Origin: Chloroflexota bacterium
GTDB taxonomy: Bacteria; Chloroflexota; Anaerolineae; Epilineales; SHYO01
Direction of reading: 5' to 3'
Length of the DNA: 60,340 nucleotides
Assembly (NCBI GenBank): GCA_009692745.1
Contig: SHYO01000002.1
Location: 1 to 60,340, forward strand
In this document: positions 1 to 8,283 of the stretch, in pieces
Layout of the letters: each line of letters begins with the position of its first letter
How positions within the stretch are numbered: position 1 is the stretch's first letter
Translations under genes and position numbers: made by a program
Notes under the pieces: generated by a model
What the model was told of the DNA's origin: nothing
Seen by the model: only the letters and a program-made list of their open reading frames with translations
The model's database searches: none

Positions 1-79
1 GCGCCCGGTGATAGCGTTTGCTCATCAGTTTCAAGTACTTGCGACGTTCGTCAATGGTCATTTTTTCCGTGTTTGGCAT
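1..79 (-). CDS. partial CDS (5' end only, continues left of window); N-terminus resembles integrase/rve-type IS transposases
   Basis: Reverse strand has ATG at 79-77 with GGAGGA 4 nt upstream, then MPNTEKMTIDERRKYLKLMSKRYHRA. I recall the (D/E)xRRxxLxxMxxRYxxA opening from IS481/ISNCY-like rve transposases. Only 26 codons are visible, so the function is tentative. Confidence 0.35.
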   Translation of the reverse strand, partial: MPNTEKMTIDERRKYLKLMSKRYHRA

Positions 80-153
80 AGTTCCTCCGGTAACATTTTC
101 TTTTGAGTGAACCATACCACTTCGGTAACATTTTAGATGAATGAATACGTGGG

Positions 154-182
154 TTGACAGCAGCGCAGCAAATTGTTATAAT
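154..182 (+). promoter_or_regulatory. sigma-70-type promoter: TTGACA (154-159), 17-nt spacer, TATAAT (177-182)
   Basis: Exact consensus hexamers with a 17-nt spacer, about 75 nt upstream of the ATG at 259. Confidence 0.6.
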
Positions 183-258
183 GAAGGTAGTTGTAATGAT
201 TATTGCAATCCCATGAATTTTGTCAATTTATCATGAATACGCAAGAAGGGGATCAGAC

Positions 259-888
259 ATGAAGACGCTACGAATTGTTTTGGTTTTCATTATCATGCTT
301 CTCATCGTCGGCGTTTCGACAGTTGCTAGCGCCAGTTCCTTTCCCCAACGCTCAGGGGAAATGGCGGCCTCCACAGCACTAGATGTTCGAATCGACAATA
401 CCAAATTTCTTGATCCGCTAGGACTGCCTGATCTGCTTGCTGATAACCTGAATGGCACAGTGGATGTGCAAATCTTTGATGGAAATTACTTGCACCAGAT
501 TGATCACTTGCTATACGTACTCAGCAATAACGAGGTTGTTGCCGGCAAGAGAGTAAATCAGCCTACCAGAGTTGTTTTGTCGCTAAGTGCGGATGTGATT
601 TACAATAGTCGCATCCATACAAATGATCATCGCCTGTATAAGATTATAGGCAATCATATTCTGCCTCCGGAAAGTAACAGCCTCTCGGCATCCATTTACT
701 CCTTCGACGGTGATAAATTCTATCGCGGCTCCCAAATAAATAATGAGAGTCAACGCATCTTCACACGGCGCGGAGATAAGATTTTTAGAGGTACAAGCAA
801 TGATCTGGCGGACGTAGTTCTGAGTTTCCAGGGTGACTTCGAGGAACTACAGCCGTTCCTGGTAATCATCGCTGACTTGCGGCCCTAA
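259..888 (+). CDS. secreted protein, paralogue 1 of an unrecognised tandem family
   Basis: ORF track gives 220-888. I prefer ATG 259 (MKTLRIVLVFIIMLLIVGVSTVASA, signal-peptide-like) with AGAAGGGGA upstream. The C-terminal ~140 aa is collinear with the next two ORFs. Confidence 0.8.
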   Translation: MKTLRIVLVFIIMLLIVGVSTVASASSFPQRSGEMAASTALDVRIDNTKFLDPLGLPDLLADNLNGTVDVQIFDGNYLHQIDHLLYVLSNNEVVAGKRVNQPTRVVLSLSADVIYNSRIHTNDHRLYKIIGNHILPPESNSLSASIYSFDGDKFYRGSQINNESQRIFTRRGDKIFRGTSNDLADVVLSFQGDFEELQPFLVIIADLRP

Positions 889-977
889 AGTGGCATCCAG
901 CTTTCTTGGAAGGTAGCGCCGGTCACTTGGTGTATGCCGCTTGGTAGACCTGATCAATTGGTGGAAGAAAGAGGCCG

Positions 978-1001
978 AGGAAATTTTTAGCGCCATTTCC
1001 T
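978..1001 (+). terminator. weak hairpin after paralogue 1 (AGGAAAT-N10-ATTTCCT)
   Basis: 7-bp inverted repeat about 90 nt after the stop at 888. No clear T-tract. Confidence 0.25.
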
Positions 1002-1044
1002 GGGGATTGGCAGTTTGTTCGTACTTGGAGGAAAGGTTAAATCT

Positions 1045-1623
1045 ATGAAACGCCTGACGTATATTGTAGGGTTAGCCCTATTAGCGCTTAGCATTAGTGC
1101 TTTTACCATCAAAGAGCCTAATTGGTTTTTCCCGTGCCCCTTTTGGTGGGGCATTGATGTTTGTGTCTATGATGGCAATAACCTCAGGCAGTTTGATCAT
1201 TTGCTTTATATCCAAAGGGATAATGATGTCTTTGCCAGCAGGTTTGTCCTTGATCCTCAGCTTATTGTGCTATCTCTGCAGGGAGATGTGATTTTTTCGA
1301 GCCGTACGCATATAAATTCTACGCGGTTGTATAAAATAGTAGGCAACCATATATTACCGCCTGAAAGTGCCAATATTGCCGATGCTATTTATAGTTTTGA
1401 GGGGGATGCGTTTTACAGAGGCCCACAGACCAATGATATTAGCAAGCGACTATTTACACGGCGTGGCTTTAGAATCTATAGTGGCACGAGTAGTAGTCTC
1501 AACGATGTCGTCTTGACATTCGAAGGAGATTTTGATAAGTTGTGTCCCTTCCTGGCCATCCTTGCTGATCTCAGGCCAATGCCCGATGCTCCGCCGCCTC
1601 CCCCTCCAAATCGTCGACCTTAG
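1045..1623 (+). CDS. secreted protein, paralogue 2 of the tandem family (Cys/aromatic-rich N-terminal piece, Pro-rich C-terminal tail)
   Basis: ORF track gives 1015-1623. I prefer ATG 1045 (MKRLTYIVGLALLALSISAF) with GGAGGA upstream. It shares the core with paralogues 1 and 3 and ends ADLRPMPDAPPPPPPNRRP. Confidence 0.8.
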   Translation: MKRLTYIVGLALLALSISAFTIKEPNWFFPCPFWWGIDVCVYDGNNLRQFDHLLYIQRDNDVFASRFVLDPQLIVLSLQGDVIFSSRTHINSTRLYKIVGNHILPPESANIADAIYSFEGDAFYRGPQTNDISKRLFTRRGFRIYSGTSSSLNDVVLTFEGDFDKLCPFLAILADLRPMPDAPPPPPPNRRP

Positions 1624-1644
1624 GTTGATAGATTAAGGGTTCAG

Positions 1645-1691
1645 CCGTATTACTGAGGTGCCGTACTATCATCAGCATCTCAGTAATACGG
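1645..1691 (+). terminator. hairpin: perfect 13-bp inverted repeat CCGTATTACTGAG / CTCAGTAATACGG with a 21-nt loop
   Basis: Read directly. Lies 22 nt after the stop of paralogue 2 and is followed by TCTATTATA. Confidence 0.45.
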
Positions 1692-1727
1692 TCTATTATA
1701 GATAAATGCTACGAAAAGTAAGGTGGA

Positions 1728-2414
1728 ATGATGAAACAATTCGGAGGATTGGTTTTTTTTGCTCTTGCTCTTTTAGTTGCCAGTGTCCTGACTGTAGCCG
1801 CCGCTCCACGGATGGGAGCATCTAATTCTCAAGGTAATATAATTCCGACAGGAAATGGAGATGTTGTTCCGACACGCTCGCTCTTTACGCTTCCGCAACA
1901 AGCTACACAATCGCCGACCGCCACTCTGACGCCGTCATCGACTGCCACGGCAACGCGCACTGCCACTGCTACCGAACCACCCAGCATTGACGTGCGTATT
2001 TATGACACGACCCACATCCGGCAGATCGATTATCTAATCTATGTGTTGAAAGATAATGAAGTCTTTGCGGGGAAGTCCACCTATGATCCCACCAGGGTCA
2101 TCCTTTCGTTGGAAGGTAATGTCATATTTAACAGCCGGATACACACCAATGACCATCGACTTTACAAGATTATCGACAATCACATTCTGCCACCTCAAAG
2201 TTCCAATATTGCAGATGCCATATACTCCTTCGATGGTGACAGATTCTACCGCGGCTCCCAGACGAACAATGACAGCAAGCGTATCTTCACCCGCCGTTCC
2301 GATAAGATCTACCGTGGGTCCAGCAACAATCTCTCTGACGTGGTTTTGAGTTTCGAGGGGGATTTTGATCAGTTACAGCCCTTCCTGGCGATTATCGCCG
2401 ATCTTCGCCCCTAA
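1728..2414 (+). CDS. secreted protein, paralogue 3 of the tandem family (Thr/Ala-rich linker)
   Basis: MMKQFGGLVFFALALLVASVLTVAAAP signal-like N-terminus, AAGGTGGA upstream. The linker TQSPTATLTPSSTATATRTATATEPP is followed by the conserved core ending PFLAIIADLRP. Confidence 0.85.
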   Translation: MMKQFGGLVFFALALLVASVLTVAAAPRMGASNSQGNIIPTGNGDVVPTRSLFTLPQQATQSPTATLTPSSTATATRTATATEPPSIDVRIYDTTHIRQIDYLIYVLKDNEVFAGKSTYDPTRVILSLEGNVIFNSRIHTNDHRLYKIIDNHILPPQSSNIADAIYSFDGDRFYRGSQTNNDSKRIFTRRSDKIYRGSSNNLSDVVLSFEGDFDQLQPFLAIIADLRP

Positions 2415-2488
2415 CCCGCAGCATGATTTGCATCAGAACAATGATCTGTATCAGAACAGATTGTTTGGTCAGTGGATTACATGTATTT

Positions 2489-2525
2489 CGGGGCAATCTA
2501 TGTGGTTGCCCCGGTGTTATTTATC
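2489..2525 (+). terminator. rho-independent-like terminator: CGGGGCAA-N9-TTGCCCCG followed by the T-rich GTGTTATTTAT
   Basis: 8-bp GC-rich stem 75 nt after the stop of paralogue 3. Confidence 0.5.
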
Positions 2526-2560
2526 CTGATAGTGTGCCCTGGTAGATTCCCTTTCCGTAT

Positions 2561-3016
2561 ATGGCGGCAAAATCTCAATCTCTGAAGGCCTTCTTCCATG
2601 ACGTTTCCTATCAGGTGCGCTCTGCCTTACCGGCCGATTTGCAGGATTTGCATACGCGAAATTCTAGCCGCATGTTGCAGTTATACTATGATGATCCGGC
2701 TTTGCACTTCGAGATCTGGCCTGTATACAAAATTGAGCGGTTAGAAATTGGCTTGCATTTCGAAGGCAACCACGCGACAAACGAATGGCTCTACCGGGAA
2801 CTTGCCAGCCAGATTTTTGATATTAAGTTCGAGTTGGGCCACCTGGTAGAAGTAGAGCGTTGGGATCGTGGCTGGTCCAGAGTACATGAAACTCTGCCTC
2901 TCCAATCCTTCGACAAGGCATATCAGCAGGAAGTTACGCAGCGTTTGGTGCGCTATATCGTGGTACTTTGGCCGATGGTACAACAAGCGCTGCAGGAAGG
3001 GAATTCAACTCTCTAA
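2561..3016 (+). CDS. hypothetical protein (151 aa), no family recognised
   Basis: Clean ORF with no convincing competing frame. No motifs I can name. Confidence 0.55.
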   Translation: MAAKSQSLKAFFHDVSYQVRSALPADLQDLHTRNSSRMLQLYYDDPALHFEIWPVYKIERLEIGLHFEGNHATNEWLYRELASQIFDIKFELGHLVEVERWDRGWSRVHETLPLQSFDKAYQQEVTQRLVRYIVVLWPMVQQALQEGNSTL

Positions 3017-3091
3017 TGTACGCTCTGCGGGGCCAGCGTGCTTCAAATTGAAATTAAACATCTCAGGGAATATTATCAAGTACAGCCAAAG

Positions 3092-5530
3092 TTAGCTCTT
3101 CAGGCGAACCATTTCCGGATCAAACAAGGGGTCTTGGGCCACTGTTGCCGGGTAGCGATTGCCGAAATAGTATACCTCTACTGGGGTGCCTTCCGCCGCA
3201 TAGGCTATAGGTAGGTATCCATAGCAGATACTGCGCTGCACCGTATACCCATAGTTTGCGCTGGTGACGTACCCCACGACGCGTTCCCCATCCAGGATGG
3301 GCTCTTTCCCCATAATCGCCGTCTTAGGATCATCAAAAGTCAGGCAACACAATTTCCGGCTTAAGCCCTGACCTTTTATCTGTTCTAAAGCGCTGCGGCC
3401 GATAAAATCCCCCTTCTTTAAGCGTACTGCAAAACCAATCCCGGCCTCGTACGGGTTATATTCACTGTGAATATCCGCACCCCAGAGCCTATATCCTTTT
3501 TCCAACCGCAGCGAATCAAAGGCGCCCCCCCCCACAGCGGTTAAGCCGAACTCCTGCCCTGCTTGCCAGATCGTATCCCATAATTTCAACCCATATTCGG
3601 TAGAGGCGTAGATCTCCCAGCCCAGCTCTCCGGCATAGGAGATTCTGTTTGCCAATGCCGGAATATTGCCGATGTAGATATGTTGTGCTGTGAGATAAGG
3701 AAATGCCTGGTTAGAAAAATCCTCTTCGCTTAACTTCTGTATTAGGTGCCGTATATGCGGTCCCCAAAGTCCGAGACAACACCACGCGGCAGATATGTCG
3801 CTAACCTGCACCGAGCCATCTGCCGGCGTTTGTTTACGCAACCATGCCAGGTCATGCATACCGATGCTGCCACCGGTGATCACCCAGAATTTTGAGGGTT
3901 CCAGCCGGGTAACGGTCAGATCGCACTCAATGCCCCCGCGCTCATTAACCATGGAGGTGTAGGTGACTTTGCCGACAGGTTGGTCCATTTGGTTGGTAGT
4001 GAGGCGCTGCAGGAAATCCAAAGCGCCTGGACCGCTTACCTCAATTTTTGTGAAGGCGGTCAGGTCAAAGATCCCTACACTTTCGCGGGTCGCTTTGTGT
4101 TCGGCCCCGATAATAGGGGACCAATGCCGGGCGGCCCACCCCGATCTGGCGGGCCAATCCTGCCCGCTGAGAAGCTTTTCATTGGCGTTAAACCATTGGG
4201 GTCGTTCCCACCCGGCGCTCTCGAAAAAGACTGCGCCAAGCTCCACCAGCCGCTGATGGTAAGGAGCCAGCCGCAGATTACGCGGGTTCTCCATTTGCTG
4301 TAGCGGATGGATAATATCGTAGACTTCCACATATTGGCGATCTGCCCGTGTCCGCACGTAATTTTTGCTCAATGCAAATTTATGGAAGCGGTTGATATCG
4401 TGTTCGCGCAAATCAATGCTGGGCAATCCCTCCGTGATCCACTCGGCCATAACTTTTCCCACGCCGCCGCCATGCGTAACCCACACCGCCTCTGCGCTCC
4501 AGAAGCCCCGCACGTCTGGGCTTTCTCCCAGGACGCAATTGCCATCAGGCGTAAAAGAGAATAAACCGTTGAACTGGGAAGCTATCTCAGCATGCTGCAA
4601 GCATGGGAAGCGCTCTATCGCATCACGCCTGGATTCTTGAAAATGTTCGGGTGTAAAGGGGAAGATAGCCGGGTGATCATTCTTGGGCAGATCGTCAGCA
4701 TCCACGATGAGAGAATCGTGCCGGTATGAGCCAAAGCCATATGCATCAAAATGTTGTCTAAAGTACATATCCTGATCTTGGTAGCGTACGATTGGGTGGC
4801 GTAACTCCTGTGTCTCTCCCGCCAACTCTTTCAACGGCCCCGTCTTGACATACAGATGTTGCATAGGAGTCATGGGTATGGATACTCCGGCCATCCGTCC
4901 TACAACCGGTCCCCATAGTCCGGCAGCACAGACGACAATCTCAGTGCGAATACGCCCCTGTGCCGTCATAACGCCCTGGACACGCCCTTGTTGGACATCG
5001 ATACCAGTGACAGGTGTATGCGCATAGAAAGTAGCCCCGTTCTGCTGGGCTGATTTCGCCAGGCCGGCACAGATTGCGCTGGCTTTAACATCGCAGTCAG
5101 TTGGCACATAAAAAGCACCATAGAGATCGTCGGTCCGCATAATGGGGATCATGCGCTTAATTTCATCAGGCCCCACCAGGTAAGCTTCCAACCCCCAAGC
5201 CTTAGAGTTGCCCAATTTGCGCTTCAGTTCTACCCACCGGTCCGCTGTATGGGCAATTTCCAGGCTACCAACCTGAAAGAATGCAGTACCGCTGGGCGGC
5301 TGCACTTTGGCGTAGGTCTGTACGGCCCATTGCGCCAGTTGGCAAAAGGCTTTGGCGTTATTATGTTGGAACATGAGGCCCGGTGCATGAGATGTCGATC
5401 CCCAGTTTTCGAAAAGCGGGCCTTGATCCAACACCACGACATCGCGCCATCCCATTTGCGTGAGGTAGTAAGCCGTGCTGCAGCCGACAATCCCTGCTCC
5501 AATGATAACAACGCGCGCCTGGTCTTGCAT
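3092..5530 (-). CDS. FAD-dependent oxidase fused to a GcvT-type folate-binding domain (dimethylglycine oxidase / sarcosine dehydrogenase family)
   Basis: I prefer the start MQDQARVVIIGAGIVGCSTAYY (ATG at 5530), which carries the dinucleotide-binding GAGIVG. GSTSHAPGL follows. The C-terminal half has aminomethyltransferase-like sequence (GIFDLTAFTKIEVSGPGA ... EAGIGFAV). The 57-codon upstream extension in the ORF track is unlikely to be real. Confidence 0.85.
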   Translation of the reverse strand: MQDQARVVIIGAGIVGCSTAYYLTQMGWRDVVVLDQGPLFENWGSTSHAPGLMFQHNNAKAFCQLAQWAVQTYAKVQPPSGTAFFQVGSLEIAHTADRWVELKRKLGNSKAWGLEAYLVGPDEIKRMIPIMRTDDLYGAFYVPTDCDVKASAICAGLAKSAQQNGATFYAHTPVTGIDVQQGRVQGVMTAQGRIRTEIVVCAAGLWGPVVGRMAGVSIPMTPMQHLYVKTGPLKELAGETQELRHPIVRYQDQDMYFRQHFDAYGFGSYRHDSLIVDADDLPKNDHPAIFPFTPEHFQESRRDAIERFPCLQHAEIASQFNGLFSFTPDGNCVLGESPDVRGFWSAEAVWVTHGGGVGKVMAEWITEGLPSIDLREHDINRFHKFALSKNYVRTRADRQYVEVYDIIHPLQQMENPRNLRLAPYHQRLVELGAVFFESAGWERPQWFNANEKLLSGQDWPARSGWAARHWSPIIGAEHKATRESVGIFDLTAFTKIEVSGPGALDFLQRLTTNQMDQPVGKVTYTSMVNERGGIECDLTVTRLEPSKFWVITGGSIGMHDLAWLRKQTPADGSVQVSDISAAWCCLGLWGPHIRHLIQKLSEEDFSNQAFPYLTAQHIYIGNIPALANRISYAGELGWEIYASTEYGLKLWDTIWQAGQEFGLTAVGGGAFDSLRLEKGYRLWGADIHSEYNPYEAGIGFAVRLKKGDFIGRSALEQIKGQGLSRKLCCLTFDDPKTAIMGKEPILDGERVVGYVTSANYGYTVQRSICYGYLPIAYAAEGTPVEVYYFGNRYPATVAQDPLFDPEMVRLKS

Positions 5531-5588
5531 CGGGAATTTCCTTTCAGAATACGTGGGGATGAAATGCGCCGTCCGGCATAGGTAAGAT

Positions 5589-6272
5589 TCAAACAGACTT
5601 GATACTGTTAGCGAGGGCGATTTCCGCAAAAGGTGGATTTTTAGGTGAGTAATCTTGCACGAAGAAACCGCGCCATTTCTCGCCTTTGGTTTCACCGACA
5701 TACGGCACAGCCGGATCGACGGTCAGAGTGATTTCTTCCCCTGGGTAATTGGAGTCATATAGATAAACTTTACAGACCTGTGTCGTAGGGTTGACCTCAT
5801 AACCATAGGCCACTACCTGGTGGTTTTTGCCGAAGTTGATCAGGTCCGTAGCGACAATCAGCCCTAGTACGACGGGATCACCTTTGTTAATGCACTTCTT
5901 GAGTTTGGGCAGCTCATCCTCTAAGGTCCAAGCTCGCACGCCCTTGAGAAACCCCAGCGGTTTATCGGGGAGGATCGTCCACAGCACAAATTTGATGGCT
6001 GCCGGTACCATAAAGCTTTGTACTTGCCGTCTGTAGATGTAATCGGCCAGCCGGGTACCATCTGACGGTATCCCGGTTTTGGGAAAATGATCGGTATTAA
6101 ACTTGGGGACCGGTACCCCTAGATAAAAGTAATCTAAGGCAGAGTAAGACATCCCGCCGCACCTTCCAAGTGTCTCGATCTTTTTTAACCCGGGGATTTG
6201 CGGCATGATATTCACAAAGCCATTGCGAAACTGAAAGCCATTATTAGTTGGATTAAATTTGGTTAGTGGCAT
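5589..6272 (-). CDS. hypothetical protein with a papain-fold-like Cys...His signature (possible cysteine peptidase/amidase)
   Basis: Start MPLTKFNP (ATG 6272) with GAGGTAAGG upstream. Candidate nucleophile in GRCGGMSYSALDYF and candidate His in KNHQVVAYGY, followed by YDSNYPG. The order resembles C39/BtrH-like folds. No signal peptide. Confidence 0.6.
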   Translation of the reverse strand: MPLTKFNPTNNGFQFRNGFVNIMPQIPGLKKIETLGRCGGMSYSALDYFYLGVPVPKFNTDHFPKTGIPSDGTRLADYIYRRQVQSFMVPAAIKFVLWTILPDKPLGFLKGVRAWTLEDELPKLKKCINKGDPVVLGLIVATDLINFGKNHQVVAYGYEVNPTTQVCKVYLYDSNYPGEEITLTVDPAVPYVGETKGEKWRGFFVQDYSPKNPPFAEIALANSIKSV

Positions 6273-6502
6273 CCTTACCTCGAACAGGCACTGAACCTGA
6301 AAGATTAACCGAACCCCATATATGTGACATGTGCATGTGTGTGTGTAAGTGTAAAATGTGCTTATACACATAAAAGTTAAGACCGGTCACACACATTAGC
6401 CTTCCGGTGATGGCCTGAGAACATCTACACTATGATAAATCTCTCCAAATATAACCCCAAACCGGCTATTTTTCCCAGCCAAATTTTCTTAAGTGCGACG
6501 AG

Positions 6503-7714
6503 TTACCGGCCAAAATAGTCGATGGTTTGGGCCAACACGTCCGCCGCCCGTTTGGCTCTCTCACTGGTGAGATAGTTGGTTTTAAATTGTAGCAGCATGG
6601 GTTGGAGAGATTCCGCCGTTGGGCAGAGACCAGGTCCGTATGCCTGTAGTTGCTCCTGGTGCCAGGGGGCGATAAAAGGCTTAAAACTGCCGTTGCGGAA
6701 GACCGGCTCCAGGTAGGTCAACTGCCAGGCAGCGTAAATCCCATCTCCGCCCAGCTCTTTATATTTGTTGCGAAAGTCATACCAGCTAAAACTGCCATGA
6801 TTATTAAGCCGTAAAACATATGTCCAATACGTATGCTCGTAGCCCTCCGGTACAGCCTGCGGCACCAGCCAATCACACCCGCTCAACGCCTGGGCGTAGA
6901 GATGCGCGACATAAATGCGCATATCGACCAATTCTTGCAGGTGCTCCAACTGGGCCAGGGCTACCGCTGCGCATAATTCGGGCATGCGGTAATTCCAACC
7001 GACGGATACGTGACGCTCGTATCCCGGGTCCTGAATGGTATCCTTGGTGATTTTGCCCTTACCTGCGGCGGCTCCTACCGTGGCATATCCCAGGCTATTA
7101 AAGCGGCGGGTCTCATTCGCCAGGGTCTCATCATTGGTGGTAATCATGCCCCCTTCGCCGCTGGTCATATGCTTGGAGCTCTGGAAGCTAAAGCTGGCTG
7201 CATGGCCGATGCTGCCAACCATCCTGCCTTTGTATTTACCCAGGAAACACTCGGCGTCATCTTCCAGAACAAATAAGTGATGCCTGTCGGCGATAGCCAT
7301 AATGGCATCCATATCCGGAATCAGGCCATACAACGCCACCGGGATAATTGCTTTGGTCCGCGGCGTAATGCGCGCCTCAATCGAAGCGGGATCAATATTC
7401 CAGGTGCCGGGATCGACATCGGCAAATACCGGCAGGGCGTTAGCATGTAAGACTGCGAAAGACGTACTGGCCATGGTCAAAGGAGGGACAATCACTTCAT
7501 CACCGGCTTTCACGCCTGCCGCTGCCAAAGCTGCGTGCATAGTGGCCGTCCCATTGACAAAAGAGATAGCGTATTTCACGCCAAACGCCTGGGCAAATTT
7601 CTCCTCAAGCTGCTTGGTCATGATACTGCTCCCGGACGATCTGAACTGCGTATCCAGCACTTCCAAAACGTAAGCGCGCTCTTTTTCCCCAATACGGGTA
7701 ATATCTTTTTCCAT
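6503..7714 (-). CDS. PLP-dependent aminotransferase, DegT/DnrJ/EryC1/StrS family
   Basis: SFQSSKHMTSGEGG (PLP-lysine context), and EDDAECF / NYRM motifs typical of sugar aminotransferases. ATG at 7714 lies 1 nt after the upstream stop. A GTG at 7726 is also possible. Confidence 0.85.
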   Translation of the reverse strand: MEKDITRIGEKERAYVLEVLDTQFRSSGSSIMTKQLEEKFAQAFGVKYAISFVNGTATMHAALAAAGVKAGDEVIVPPLTMASTSFAVLHANALPVFADVDPGTWNIDPASIEARITPRTKAIIPVALYGLIPDMDAIMAIADRHHLFVLEDDAECFLGKYKGRMVGSIGHAASFSFQSSKHMTSGEGGMITTNDETLANETRRFNSLGYATVGAAAGKGKITKDTIQDPGYERHVSVGWNYRMPELCAAVALAQLEHLQELVDMRIYVAHLYAQALSGCDWLVPQAVPEGYEHTYWTYVLRLNNHGSFSWYDFRNKYKELGGDGIYAAWQLTYLEPVFRNGSFKPFIAPWHQEQLQAYGPGLCPTAESLQPMLLQFKTNYLTSERAKRAADVLAQTIDYFGR

Positions 7715-7715
7715 G

Positions 7716-8234
7716 TTATTCCCCACTTGGCTTCGGGTGATTGGTGTGAACTTTGGCAGGTATTAGCGTATAATGAATTGTGCGGGCGATCTCCTGGAAC
7801 CCAACGGCTTCGTAGATGTGTCGGGCGGGGAAATCTTGCTCCATGGTCATAACCTGGAGAATTTCTACTTTTGCCTCCAGTAGATCATCCACAATTTGCT
7901 TAATGAGAGTTCGTCCTATCCCCTGTCCGCGGTATTCCGGCAACACGGCATTATTATCGACGACTCCCACCTTCCCTTGGGCGCGCAAATGGTAGGTGGC
8001 GTAGCCGACGATTTGCCCTGCAAATTCGGCCACCCACATTTGATCGGGGGTTGCGAGGCATTGTGAGCGGACCTCTTGCCATTTATGCATGGCCCAATCC
8101 ATCCCCCCGATGGGGCCATGCCTGGCTTCGATCAAATGGTGAATGGTTACGCCGGCCCAAGAGGTGCGGGTCACATGCTCGATGGCGCCCATATCATCCG
8201 GCCGGTACCGCCGCAGCGTAATGCCCTGTTTCAT
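7716..8234 (-). CDS. GNAT-family N-acetyltransferase
   Basis: 172 aa. The acetyl-CoA-binding motif RGQGIGRTLI is preceded by a beta-strand pattern typical of GNAT. Confidence 0.8.
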   Translation of the reverse strand: MKQGITLRRYRPDDMGAIEHVTRTSWAGVTIHHLIEARHGPIGGMDWAMHKWQEVRSQCLATPDQMWVAEFAGQIVGYATYHLRAQGKVGVVDNNAVLPEYRGQGIGRTLIKQIVDDLLEAKVEILQVMTMEQDFPARHIYEAVGFQEIARTIHYTLIPAKVHTNHPKPSGE

Positions 8235-8283
8235 CTATGAGACCCTCCCCGCACCACCGCCCGTCTGACGTCCAATTGTTCTC

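Noticed and set aside
775-783. RGD tripeptide (TRRGDKIF) in paralogue 1 of the tandem family, considered as an integrin-type adhesion motif.
   Set aside because: It is not conserved. Paralogue 3 has RSD and paralogue 2 has RGF at the same position, so it is probably incidental.
5531-5701. 57-codon N-terminal extension of the DAO-GcvT ORF. Similar extensions occur for 5589-6371, 58350-60197, 54665-55933 and 53490-54761.
   Set aside because: In each case an internal ATG with an RBS places the Rossmann or conserved N-terminus at the expected position, and often creates an ATGA or few-nt junction with the upstream gene. The extensions overlap upstream genes or encode implausible sequence.
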